Counted from the stretch's first letter, positions 53,677 through 62,722 are shown. The stretch is DNA of 64,000 nucleotides from Tepidamorphaceae bacterium (GCA_028289445.1 JANQPO010000017.1:287537-351536); one strand, 5' to 3'. Made by a program: numbers and translations. The notes: generated by a model from the sequence alone, not told the origin.

Positions 53677-54500
53677 TCCGCCGGGCGTTCGTCGATCTTG
53701 ATCGAGGGCAGGTCCACTATCGCCATGCCGGTGACAAAGATGCTCCGCCATTGGTGATGCTACACGCATCTCCGGGATCGTCGCGTCAGTTGGAGCCGCT
53801 GATTGATGCGATGTCCGACCGTTTTCGCGTCATCGCGCCCGACACCTTGGGCAATGGCGATTCCATGCCGCCCGCGCAAGCTCAGCCCGAAATCGCGGAT
53901 TACGCCCGCGCGGCGCTCGAGACGCTGGACCGTCTCGGGTTGGGCAGGTTTCATCTATACGGGACCCATACCGGCGCACGGATCGCATGCGAGATCGCCC
54001 TAGTCTGTCCAGAGCGTGTCGATCGCCTCATCCTCGACGGGTTCGGTGTTTATGCGCCTGGCGATGCCGACGAGATCTTGGCGACCTATGCGCCGGAAAT
54101 GAAGCCGGATCAGCAAGGGGCCTTTGTTTTTCAGGCCTGGCAGTTCTGCCGCGATCAGTTCCTCTGGTTCCCATGGTTCCGGAAGGAGGCCGGCCGGCGC
54201 GTTCCGCATGACTTGCCGGATGCCGAGTTCCTCTATGCGCGCTATGTCGAGTTACTCAAGGCGCTTGGGACGTATCACCAGAGTTATCGCGCCGCCTTTC
54301 GCTATGCGATGGCCGAGCAGGTTCCAAAGATCACGCGTCCGACGCTGATTACGTTTGCCGAGAACGATCTTGTGCGCGCCGCCTTCGACGATGCCAAAGC
54401 GCTTCTCCCTCACGCGGCGGCCGAAGTTTTGCCGGGCATTCGCACGCCTGAGGCTGTGCAGACAACGGCGGCGTGCTTTAAAGGCTTTCTCGCGCAGTAG
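53673..54500 (+). CDS. alpha/beta-hydrolase-fold protein with a non-canonical nucleophile elbow (G-T-H-T-G)
   Basis: ATG 53673 overlaps the amidase TGA (ATGA); GTG 53664 is an alternative start. ...PPLVMLHASPGSS... resembles an oxyanion-loop region. The elbow reads LYGTHTGARIA rather than GxSxG. Confidence 0.75.
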   Translation: MIRRAFVDLDRGQVHYRHAGDKDAPPLVMLHASPGSSRQLEPLIDAMSDRFRVIAPDTLGNGDSMPPAQAQPEIADYARAALETLDRLGLGRFHLYGTHTGARIACEIALVCPERVDRLILDGFGVYAPGDADEILATYAPEMKPDQQGAFVFQAWQFCRDQFLWFPWFRKEAGRRVPHDLPDAEFLYARYVELLKALGTYHQSYRAAFRYAMAEQVPKITRPTLITFAENDLVRAAFDDAKALLPHAAAEVLPGIRTPEAVQTTAACFKGFLAQ

Positions 54501-55392
54501 GCGTGTTCTGCTGTTCCGGCGTTCTTTGCGCCCGCATCACGACCCAACCGCTTCCTATGATGAGGACGATCCCCACGACGTCGATCAGATCGGGCTGTTC
54601 GGCAAAGACCAGGTAACCGATCAGAATCGCCCAGATGATCCGCAGGTAGTCCAATGCGCCAATCAGCATGGACGAGGCGAAACGGTATGCGAAGGTCACA
54701 CATGTGTGCACGCCGAGCGCGATCAGGCCAAGCGTCAGGAACAGGCCGAGTTCGGGCATGTTCGGAACGCTTAGGCTGGGCGCACCGACAACGCCATAGA
54801 TCAGCGCGCCGAAAAGGCTGAGATAGAACACTACGGCAAAATTGGAGCTTCGCGCGGGCATTCGCCTGACCGCAAGGTTCATTCCCGCCGCGAGGATCGA
54901 TCCGACAAGCACCACCATGGCGTCGAGCCCGATCCCCGCTGCATCGGGCCGCAAGATCAAGACAGTCCCGATAAATCCGACACACATCGCCGCCCAGCCG
55001 GCGGTCGTCACGTGCTCGCCGAATAGAACGCGGGCAAGTAAGAGCGCGAATATCGGCGTCGTGAAGTTGATCGAAGTGACCGTGGCCAGCGGTAAGGTCC
55101 GCAGGGCAAAGTAGAAACAGGCCATTGTCGAGATCGCGAAGATCGCATGGACCGCATGGGCTCGGATATCGGCCGAGACTACCGCGGCCCGGTGGTGGGC
55201 TTTTGCCAGAAACGGCAATAGCAGCACCAGCACGATCAGCGCGCGCCAAGTCAGCATTTCAAGAGTGCCGACATCCATGTTTGCGAGTAGTTTCACCGCC
55301 ACGCCCATAATCGGGATCAACACTGTGTTGATCAGCATGGCGGCAGCTCCGATGGCTGGTCGCGGTGCGAGAACGCCGGAGTATCCCGTCAT
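54478..55392 (-). CDS. DMT-superfamily (EamA-like) transporter
   Basis: 304 aa with about 10 hydrophobic segments. Last gene of the long minus-strand operon. 23-nt convergent overlap with the previous gene. Confidence 0.8.
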   Translation of the reverse strand: MTGYSGVLAPRPAIGAAAMLINTVLIPIMGVAVKLLANMDVGTLEMLTWRALIVLVLLLPFLAKAHHRAAVVSADIRAHAVHAIFAISTMACFYFALRTLPLATVTSINFTTPIFALLLARVLFGEHVTTAGWAAMCVGFIGTVLILRPDAAGIGLDAMVVLVGSILAAGMNLAVRRMPARSSNFAVVFYLSLFGALIYGVVGAPSLSVPNMPELGLFLTLGLIALGVHTCVTFAYRFASSMLIGALDYLRIIWAILIGYLVFAEQPDLIDVVGIVLIIGSGWVVMRAQRTPEQQNTPTARESL

Positions 55393-55826
55393 TCGTCTGG
55401 CACCGGACGCCAGATCGGCCCTCGCGCCTTGACCTGGTCCAGCAGGCTCTCATCGAACGCGGGCAGATCATAGCCGCGTGGCTGAGGGGGGCGATTCTCG
55501 TAGCCGGTCAGTGTTGCGATGACATCGCGGATGTCGGGGTCCGTATAGTAGGCGTTGTATGCGGCAGTCACCACCTTGTCGAAAGCATCCGGCTCGGCGG
55601 CCTCGATCTCTCGGAGTGTCTGTTCCCGGATATCCCGGGATTCATCGGGTAAGGTAGACGGCAGAGCTTTGAGTACTGTCTCGAGCGCCTCTAAGCCACC
55701 CGGCGCCAGGGCCGCCATGTCCCTCGTCTTTTGGGCAAGGCCATGCTGGCCCGCCGCCGGCCAAAGCGCTTCGTCGCCTGGCAGGAGCGTGTCGAGCAGA
55801 ATGGAAAGAAGATCGTCGGTCGTCAT
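55389..55826 (-). CDS. small accessory protein of the GMC flavoprotein (gluconate 2-dehydrogenase subunit 3-like), no signal peptide
   Basis: 145 aa. ...LLDTLLPGDEALWPAAG... resembles subunit-3 family proteins. 4-nt overlaps on both sides. Confidence 0.5.
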   Translation of the reverse strand: MTTDDLLSILLDTLLPGDEALWPAAGQHGLAQKTRDMAALAPGGLEALETVLKALPSTLPDESRDIREQTLREIEAAEPDAFDKVVTAAYNAYYTDPDIRDVIATLTGYENRPPQPRGYDLPAFDESLLDQVKARGPIWRPVPDE

Positions 55827-57412
55827 CGCGCCGCCACTCCGCTCAGGCCGAGCCGGATGCGCATGGCGTGGGCGGCGCGAAGCGCGATCGCTTGCAAGGT
55901 CGGAGTAGGGTTGACCGCTGCGGCCGAGGCAAAGACGGAACTGTCGGCCAGAGTCAGATTTTCAATGCCGTGCACTCGCCCGTCCCGGTCGACAAGACTG
56001 GCGCGATCATCGCGCCCCATACGTGCCGTTCCCATGAGATGAAACCCGGCCGTGCGCGAGAGCTTCGTCACGGCGATCTTCCAAGCGCCGGCGGCCGACA
56101 GTGCCTCGGATGCCCGCTCGATCCCGAACCGGCGCATCGCCTTCGTGTTCTCGCCAAGGCGATAGATCATCTTTGGAACAGGCATGTCCCAGCGATCTTT
56201 GCGCGCGGGATCGATTTCTATCCGGTTCTCGTCTTCTGGAAGGTCGTCGCAGGTGACGGTCAGGCTGATCGTGCGCCCGAAGCTCTCTTCGAAGGCGGTC
56301 GTGTGATCTCCACCCCACGGCAGCCTTGTGCCATAGCCGCCTTGCGCTGTCGTCAAGGGTCCCTGACCCCGTAACGCCTGCATCTGAAACCCGCGCTTGA
56401 AGCCGCGCGGGGTGTCGGTCTCGTAGAATTCCTGACTGATCAGCGACGCCGCGAAGGCGCCCCGATAGCTCTTATACTGTTTTCGGAAGAACCCGGTGAC
56501 GATGGCTGTCGGGTGCAGCATGAGACCACGCCCGAGCAATTCGTGGCGGTAGCGCGGCTCCGCCAAGAGAAGCCGCGCTGTCCCCAGCCCATTGCCGGCG
56601 ATGATGACATTCTCGCAATTCAGACGGCCAACCTTGCCATCGCTGTCGAGGTAGGTCAGTGCTTGGACACGGGTACCGTCGGAATTGAAGTCGATCCCTG
56701 TCACCGTCGTTCTCGTACGAACATCGACACCCTTGGCGCGCGCGGCGTCCGCATAGGCGATATCTGCGCTTGCTCGCGCGTGGCGGGGGCAGCCGAGGCC
56801 GCACGGGCCGCAGTTGTTGCAGGCCGCGCGCCCGTCTCGTCCCTCGGTCAAGATCGCCGCGTCCGACGGCCACCAGTGCCAGCCCAGTTTCTCGAAGCCT
56901 TCCGCCAGCTGCTCGGTCGCCGGACAAAGCGGTAGGGGCGGGCAGGGGCGAGGTGCGCGGGGCGGGTTCGCGGGATCGCCGGCGAGACCTGCGACGCCCA
57001 TCATCCGGTCGTTGATGTCATACCAGGGTTCAAGTTCGCCGTAGGACAAAGGCCAGTCCTGACCGACACCATCCAATGACCGCGTTCTGAAATCCGATGG
57101 GCGAAATCGCGGGAAATGCGCGCCCCAGCGGATCGTGCTGCCGCCCAGCGCATTGTAGTAGGCCGGTTTGATCGGCGTATCGCGATCGTCGACCGGGTGA
57201 TCGCTGGACCCGGCTCGCAGATTCGGGTTCGCATTGAATGTGGTCTGGAGCGCGAGTTCCCAGTCGGGCTCAAGGCTGGGAGACCGGCGCTGATCCACGG
57301 CTTCACCGCGTTCGAGCAGCACCACCTTCACCTCCGGGCCGGCAACCGCCCAGGCGAACGCCAGTCCGCCTGCGCCGCCTCCGACAATGACGATGTCCGC
57401 GGTTCCGTTCAC
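55823..57412 (-). CDS. GMC-family FAD oxidoreductase (flavoprotein subunit type)
   Basis: 529 aa. N-terminus MNGTADIVIVGGGAGGLAFAWAV; C-terminal GMC domain with ..GFHLMGTARMG.. Confidence 0.85.
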   Translation of the reverse strand: MNGTADIVIVGGGAGGLAFAWAVAGPEVKVVLLERGEAVDQRRSPSLEPDWELALQTTFNANPNLRAGSSDHPVDDRDTPIKPAYYNALGGSTIRWGAHFPRFRPSDFRTRSLDGVGQDWPLSYGELEPWYDINDRMMGVAGLAGDPANPPRAPRPCPPLPLCPATEQLAEGFEKLGWHWWPSDAAILTEGRDGRAACNNCGPCGLGCPRHARASADIAYADAARAKGVDVRTRTTVTGIDFNSDGTRVQALTYLDSDGKVGRLNCENVIIAGNGLGTARLLLAEPRYRHELLGRGLMLHPTAIVTGFFRKQYKSYRGAFAASLISQEFYETDTPRGFKRGFQMQALRGQGPLTTAQGGYGTRLPWGGDHTTAFEESFGRTISLTVTCDDLPEDENRIEIDPARKDRWDMPVPKMIYRLGENTKAMRRFGIERASEALSAAGAWKIAVTKLSRTAGFHLMGTARMGRDDRASLVDRDGRVHGIENLTLADSSVFASAAAVNPTPTLQAIALRAAHAMRIRLGLSGVAAR

Positions 57413-57825
57413 GAATCCCCGTCATCCTTCGGCACTTCGAGATCGACCCAAGAATCGCCCTCCTTCATGGCGTTGAATGCACGGCAGCTCGCCTCGAAGG
57501 CCGGGATGCCCGCTGGAAGCGCTGCCATGAAGGCTGCCTCGTAGACTTCCTTCCAGGTCGCGCCGTTCTGGATCGCGCGAATGGCCGCCCACTCCACGCC
57601 TTCCCTGTCGCCCTTGACCGCCGTGGTGACGCCGACAAGAACGAGAAAACGCGTCTTGAGGTCCATCGGACGGCCCTCCGCATCGCCGAAAAGCGTGTAG
57701 GACGCTAGGTTCCCGTAGCGGCGCAGCATCTCTGGGTCGAGCTCCGCGAGATACTCGTGAACCGGGAGCGTGTAGCCGCGCACTTCGCGGATTTTGTCGA
57801 GTTCTGCCTTGCCTTCAGGAGTCAT
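57409..57825 (-). CDS. carboxymuconolactone decarboxylase (CMD/AhpD-like) family protein, single domain
   Basis: The true start is ATG 57825 (MTPEGKAELDKIREVRGYTLPVHEYLAELDPEMLRRYGNL...). Paralogous to 38175-38903. 4-nt overlap with the GMC gene. Confidence 0.65.
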   Translation of the reverse strand: MTPEGKAELDKIREVRGYTLPVHEYLAELDPEMLRRYGNLASYTLFGDAEGRPMDLKTRFLVLVGVTTAVKGDREGVEWAAIRAIQNGATWKEVYEAAFMAALPAGIPAFEASCRAFNAMKEGDSWVDLEVPKDDGDS

Positions 57826-57845
57826 GAGAAATGCCTTTTTTGGGT

Positions 57846-59837
57846 TCAGATGAGACGAGCCGTCATTTCGCCTTCGCGGATGGCGTCTGACACGCGTCTG
57901 GGTGACATGGCATCGCCGATCAGGTGACACTCCGGGCCGCCTTCGGAGGCGAGGTCATGGTAGAGCGCGTCCTGCGCATCACTGCCAACGACCATGACGA
58001 CAGTGTCTATGCGGCTCAGGATTTCGACGTCTTCGGTGTAAAGATCGCGGACCGTCACGCTGGTCTCGGTGATCCCGGTCAACTCACGATCGACGAGAAA
58101 CCGGACCCCCGCCTTGCGCAGCATACCGTGAACCTTCCCCCAGTCCCGGCTTGAAGCGAGGTCGGGGGAGGGTTGACCGAGCTGCGTGACAAAGAACACC
58201 TCGGCCCCACGCCGCGCGAGGTATTCGGCGGTCACCGCACCCTGGCGCCCGCCCATCGTGTCGAACAGAACGGCGCGCTTGCCGATCGGCGGTTCCGATT
58301 CCAGAAGCGTCGTGTAGCTGAACACATGAGGCAGCTCCGCGCCCGGTATGGGTCCGCCCTTCCATTTTTCCGGCCGTAGCATTGTCCAGCCGTGCTTCTG
58401 GCCGGACGAACCGGTCGCGACGATCACAACGTCGAAGTCCGACGCATCGTCTTTGCGGAATCCCGTGTCCACTTGGATGTCGACATCTTCTTCGGATAGG
58501 CGGTCGATCAGCCAATCGACGACGGTGACAAGTTCCCGGCGGCTTTCCACTTTTGCCCACCAGCGCACTTGACCGCCTAGCTCAGAGCGCGCCTCAAAGA
58601 GGGTCACTGAATGTCCGCGGCGCGCGGCCGTCCAGGCGGCGCGCAGTCCAGCCGGACCACCACCGACGACGGCTACGCGGCGGGGCGCCTCGCTTGGCGG
58701 CAGGTCATCCTCGTCGAACTCCAGTTCCCGCCCCGCGGCCGGATTGTGGATACAGCCGATGGCGGCCTGGGCGAAGATGGTCGACATGCACCAGTTCGCG
58801 CCGACGCAAGGACGAATGCGTTTTGCCTCGCCCGCCATTGCCTTCTCGCCCCATTGCGCATCGGAGATCAGGGCGCGCGCCATCCCGACGAAATCGCATT
58901 TGCCCTCGGCCAGATAGGTCTCTGCCTCATCGGGGTCGACAATGCGACCGACGCCGACGACCGGTAGCGAGAGCGCTGACTTGACCCGCGCCGTTGCATC
59001 AAGCTGAAACCCATGTTCCTCCGGCGAGGTCGGATAGATCAGCATCCGATTGATATAGGTTCCATGGCTGAGCGAGATGTAGTCGATCAGGCCTGTCGCC
59101 TCGAAACGCGCGGCTATATCCGCCCATTCGTCGGGACCCAGTCCGCCCTCGTGTCCATCGTCGGAATTCAATCGCATTCCCACGATCATGTCCGGCCCGG
59201 TTTCTTGGCGGGTAGCGTCGAGGATTTCCATGACGATCCGCAGTCTGTCCTCAAGCGAGCCGCCATAGGCATCAGTGCGGTGGTTCGTCGCCGGCGACAG
59301 GAACTGGTTCAGCAGGTAGCCGTGCGACATCCCGTGAACCTCGACGCCGTCCAGTCCGCCTTCGCGCGAGATACGCGCGGACAGCCGATACCCTTCTATG
59401 ATTTCGGCAATGTCCTTGCCTGTCATGACATGGGGCATTTCGCGGTAGACACCGCAAGGCACCGCCGAAGGCGCCCAAACGGGAAGCCCGTTTGCGACGC
59501 TGTTGGTCTGCCGACCCCGGTGCCAAGGCTGTGACAGGAGCAGCGTCCCGTGTGCGTGGACGGCTTTGGCGAGTTTGGCGTATTCCGGCGCCATGCGCGG
59601 ATCGAAGGCGAAGGCCTTGCCCTTGTAGGGTTGTGTTGTTGGATGCGCCGCCATCGCCTCCATGGTGATCACCGCGGCGCCGCCTCTGGCGCGCGCTTCG
59701 TAGTAAGCAACGTGCGCGTCGGTGAACAAATTGTCTTTCACCAGAAGCGTGGCATGCGCGGTCATCCAAATCCGGTTCCGCGCCGTCTTGGGCCCGATTT
59801 TCATCGGGCTGCCCAAAAGAGGATAGGCGGCTGTCAT
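57846..59837 (-). CDS. two-domain NADH:flavin oxidoreductase (OYE/FMN domain plus FAD/NAD(P)-binding domain; FadH/StcD/TMADH-like)
   Basis: ATG 59837 (MTAAYPLLGSPMKIGP...). OYE signature GGLDGVEVHGMSHGYLLNQFLSPATNHRTDAYGGSLEDR, then VAVVGGGPAGLRAAWTAARRGHSVTLFE. Confidence 0.85.
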   Translation of the reverse strand: MTAAYPLLGSPMKIGPKTARNRIWMTAHATLLVKDNLFTDAHVAYYEARARGGAAVITMEAMAAHPTTQPYKGKAFAFDPRMAPEYAKLAKAVHAHGTLLLSQPWHRGRQTNSVANGLPVWAPSAVPCGVYREMPHVMTGKDIAEIIEGYRLSARISREGGLDGVEVHGMSHGYLLNQFLSPATNHRTDAYGGSLEDRLRIVMEILDATRQETGPDMIVGMRLNSDDGHEGGLGPDEWADIAARFEATGLIDYISLSHGTYINRMLIYPTSPEEHGFQLDATARVKSALSLPVVGVGRIVDPDEAETYLAEGKCDFVGMARALISDAQWGEKAMAGEAKRIRPCVGANWCMSTIFAQAAIGCIHNPAAGRELEFDEDDLPPSEAPRRVAVVGGGPAGLRAAWTAARRGHSVTLFEARSELGGQVRWWAKVESRRELVTVVDWLIDRLSEEDVDIQVDTGFRKDDASDFDVVIVATGSSGQKHGWTMLRPEKWKGGPIPGAELPHVFSYTTLLESEPPIGKRAVLFDTMGGRQGAVTAEYLARRGAEVFFVTQLGQPSPDLASSRDWGKVHGMLRKAGVRFLVDRELTGITETSVTVRDLYTEDVEILSRIDTVVMVVGSDAQDALYHDLASEGGPECHLIGDAMSPRRVSDAIREGEMTARLI

Positions 59838-60829
59838 CAACTCGTCTCCGTTGACAAAATCCGGTTGCCGCCGTCGCTGATCCTCAGGCAATTCGCGAAA
59901 TGCTCTGGATCATCGATCTGCTGGGGACCGGGAGCGTGCGTGCTGCACTTTTGGATTGCGACCGGACAGCGCGTGTGAAACGTACAGCCGCTCGGCAGGT
60001 TGATCGGTGACGGGACCTCGCCCTCAAGCACATGGCGAGCAAGCTCGGCTTTCGGGTCTGCGGGAAGATGGGCCGACAAGAGAGACTGTGAATAAGGATG
60101 GGCCGGATTGGAGAAAAGCGTTTGGCTGCGCGCGGTTTCGACGACTGAGCCAAGATAGAGAACGACAATCCGGTCGCTGATCAGTTTCACCGTGCCCAGG
60201 TCGTGGCTGATAAACAGCATGGCCGCTTGGGTCTGTTGGCGGATCTCGGAAAGAAGATCGAGAATTTCGGCGCGGACCGACAGATCGAGTGAACTGGTCG
60301 GTTCATCCAGCACGATCAGCTTGGGGTTCGTGGCGATCGCGCGCGCGATGCAAACGCGCTGCAACTGTCCGCCTGACAAGTCGCTGGAATGGCGGCGCAG
60401 GAACTCGGGCCTGAGATGCACCCGTGTCGCCAGATCCACCGTTTTGTTTTCGCGCTCGCTCCGAGACAAATCGAGATGAAGCTTCATGGGCTCCGCGATT
60501 AGATCTCCGATGCGCATCCTGGGGTTGAGAGCGCTCCATGGATCCTGAAACACCATCTGCATGTCTCGCCGCAGCGGGCGCATCTTGTGTGCCGGGATAT
60601 TGGTGATGTCTCGGCCATCAAAGGTGATCCGACCCTCCGTCGGCTCTGTCAGACGAAGGATTGCGCGGCCGATTGTTGATTTACCGGACCCGCTTTCGCC
60701 GACCATGCCCAAGGTTTCGCCTGGGACGATCTTAAGATCGACCCCGTTGACGGCATTGACGAATGCCCCGGATCGTCCTGCCGGAAACCGCTTTACCAGG
60801 TCCTCAACTACCAAGATCGGGGCCGTCAC
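59837..60829 (-). CDS. peptide/nickel-type ABC transporter ATP-binding protein (DppF/OppF-like)
   Basis: Walker A GESGSGKST, signature LSGGQLQR, and a C-terminal oligopeptide-type extension with a Cys cluster (CTFHTRCP). Confidence 0.9.
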   Translation of the reverse strand: MTAPILVVEDLVKRFPAGRSGAFVNAVNGVDLKIVPGETLGMVGESGSGKSTIGRAILRLTEPTEGRITFDGRDITNIPAHKMRPLRRDMQMVFQDPWSALNPRMRIGDLIAEPMKLHLDLSRSERENKTVDLATRVHLRPEFLRRHSSDLSGGQLQRVCIARAIATNPKLIVLDEPTSSLDLSVRAEILDLLSEIRQQTQAAMLFISHDLGTVKLISDRIVVLYLGSVVETARSQTLFSNPAHPYSQSLLSAHLPADPKAELARHVLEGEVPSPINLPSGCTFHTRCPVAIQKCSTHAPGPQQIDDPEHFANCLRISDGGNRILSTETS

Positions 60830-60830
60830 G

Positions 60831-61820
60831 TCATGCTCCGCTCTCGGGCAAGCGTCCGGCGAAATGACACATGGCGAAGTGATCCGTTCCTACCTCTCGG
60901 TTGGGCGGCGTGTCGGTGCAGATGTTCTGGGCAAAGACGCAGCGCGTTCGAAGGTGACAGCCGGTTGGCAGGTTGTAGAGATCGGGTGGCTGGCCGCCGA
61001 GTTTCGCGCCGCTGCCCATCTGCAATCGTTCCGGCGTCGCGGCGATCAACGATCGTGTATAGGGATGACTGGGCGCCTCGAATATCTTTGCGACGGGACC
61101 CGACTCTACGATCGTCCCAGCAAACATCACCGCAACCTCATCGCTGTAGTGCGCCACGATGCCCAGATCATGCGTGATGATGATCATCGCCATGTCGAAG
61201 CGCTGCGTTAGGTTCTTCAATAGATCGAGGATTTGGGCTTGAACCGTCACATCGAGGCCGGTCGTCGGCTCGTCGGCAATCAGGAGCTTGGGCCTGTTCA
61301 TCAAAGACATTGCGATGAGAACACGCTGCGCCATGCCGCCTGACAGTTCGTGCGGCCAAGCGCTGGCGCGATTCTTGGGATCGGGAATTCCGACCGCCGT
61401 CATCATCTCCAAGGCGCGTTCCCGCGATGCGGTTAACGGTCCGCCGGTGTGGGCCTGGTGAATGCGCACGAGTTGATCGCCGATGCGCGTTAGCGGATCG
61501 AGCGAGGTGCGTGGGTTCTGGACGACCATGGCGATCTGCGCGCCGCGAAGCTCGTTCAATTCTTCCGACGGCATGGCCGTCAGATCCTGCCCATCGAACA
61601 GGACTCGTCCCTCGACGACGCGGGCAGGAGGACGCAGCAATCCACAGATCGACTGGGCGGTCAGCGACTTTCCGGCCCCAGTTTCTCCGACGAAACCCAG
61701 AACCTTGCCGGCTTCCAGATCGAAGCTCACGCCGTTCAGTGCCTCGGCCACGCGGATCTGATTGTCGATGTCGCGGGACATAAAATGAGTCCGTAGGTTC
61801 TTAACCTCCAGCAGACTCAT
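60831..61820 (-). CDS. peptide/nickel-type ABC transporter ATP-binding protein (DppD/OppD-like)
   Basis: Walker A GETGAGKSL, signature LSGGMAQR, and a C-terminal CHLRTRC motif. Confidence 0.9.
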   Translation of the reverse strand: MSLLEVKNLRTHFMSRDIDNQIRVAEALNGVSFDLEAGKVLGFVGETGAGKSLTAQSICGLLRPPARVVEGRVLFDGQDLTAMPSEELNELRGAQIAMVVQNPRTSLDPLTRIGDQLVRIHQAHTGGPLTASRERALEMMTAVGIPDPKNRASAWPHELSGGMAQRVLIAMSLMNRPKLLIADEPTTGLDVTVQAQILDLLKNLTQRFDMAMIIITHDLGIVAHYSDEVAVMFAGTIVESGPVAKIFEAPSHPYTRSLIAATPERLQMGSGAKLGGQPPDLYNLPTGCHLRTRCVFAQNICTDTPPNREVGTDHFAMCHFAGRLPESGA

Positions 61821-62722
61821 GTGGCGGCCCGTCGACGCGGATCCATAAGGTCCTGCAGACCGTCTCCGAAAAGGTTAAGCCCAAAGACGAGAAAGATCAG
61901 TGCAAGGCCGGGAAAGAGCGCGACCCACCATTGCCCGGTCACCATGAATTCCGCCCCCTGCCGGATCATGGCGCCCCATTCGGGCGTAGGCGCTTGGATG
62001 CCGATCCCGAGAAAGGCAAGCGTCGCACTGATCCTGACGGCCCAAGCCGCGCGCACGGCCGTTTGCGCCATCGCACCTTGAACCGCGTTCGGAAGAAGGT
62101 GAATGAAGAGAATGCGCCATGTCGGGTTGCCCGCCGCCTTTGCGCTCTCGACAAAGACCGAGGAGCGTAGCGCTAGCACTTCCGATCGAACGACGCGGGC
62201 GAAGACTGGGGAGTCAAGGAACCCGAGGACAAGGACGACGTTCAACAGCGATTGCCCGGTCGCTGCGACCACGGCGAGCGCAAGGATGATGGATGGGAAA
62301 ACCCGCAGGCCGTCGAAGAAACGCATGAGGACTTCGTCCAGCATGCCGCCGCGATATCCGGCAATCAGGCCGACGGGGACGCCAATTACGACGGAAAGCA
62401 TGACGGCCGGGATGGCGATGCCGAAGCCGAACTTCGCGCCGTAGATAACACGCGAGAAAACGTCCATGCCATTGCCATCCGTGCCGAACCAATGCTCGGC
62501 GGAAGGCGGTTGAAGGACGCGCTCGGCATAGGCCGAAACCGGATCATGCGGCATCATCCAGTGGGCAAAGACCGCCATGAAGCCAAAGGCCAAAATGATG
62601 ATGACGCCGGCGGCCAGCGTGGGGCTGACGCGAGCGATGCCGATCAACCGATTCTTCAGGCTGAAGGGCCGCTCGGAATGCTGGATTCGTTCGAACCCAT
62701 CTCCGGCTATCTCCGCCATCAC
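61817..62722 (-). CDS. ABC transporter permease, DppC/OppC-like
   Basis: 301 aa polytopic protein with 4-nt overlaps to its neighbours. Confidence 0.88.
   Translation of the reverse strand: MMAEIAGDGFERIQHSERPFSLKNRLIGIARVSPTLAAGVIIILAFGFMAVFAHWMMPHDPVSAYAERVLQPPSAEHWFGTDGNGMDVFSRVIYGAKFGFGIAIPAVMLSVVIGVPVGLIAGYRGGMLDEVLMRFFDGLRVFPSIILALAVVAATGQSLLNVVLVLGFLDSPVFARVVRSEVLALRSSVFVESAKAAGNPTWRILFIHLLPNAVQGAMAQTAVRAAWAVRISATLAFLGIGIQAPTPEWGAMIRQGAEFMVTGQWWVALFPGLALIFLVFGLNLFGDGLQDLMDPRRRAAT

Noticed and set aside
58780-58880. The Fe-S cysteine motif of the OYE/FAD reductase reads C-V-G-A-N-W-C...C (RIRPCVGANWCMSTIFAQAAIGCIHNP), giving 3 Cys instead of the C-x2-C-x3-C...C of FadH. This could mean a lost or altered cluster.
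   Set aside because: I believe a StcD-like subfamily has a similar C-x-G-A-x-x-C pattern, so this may be normal for the subfamily. It cannot be judged without an alignment. The coordinates are approximate.
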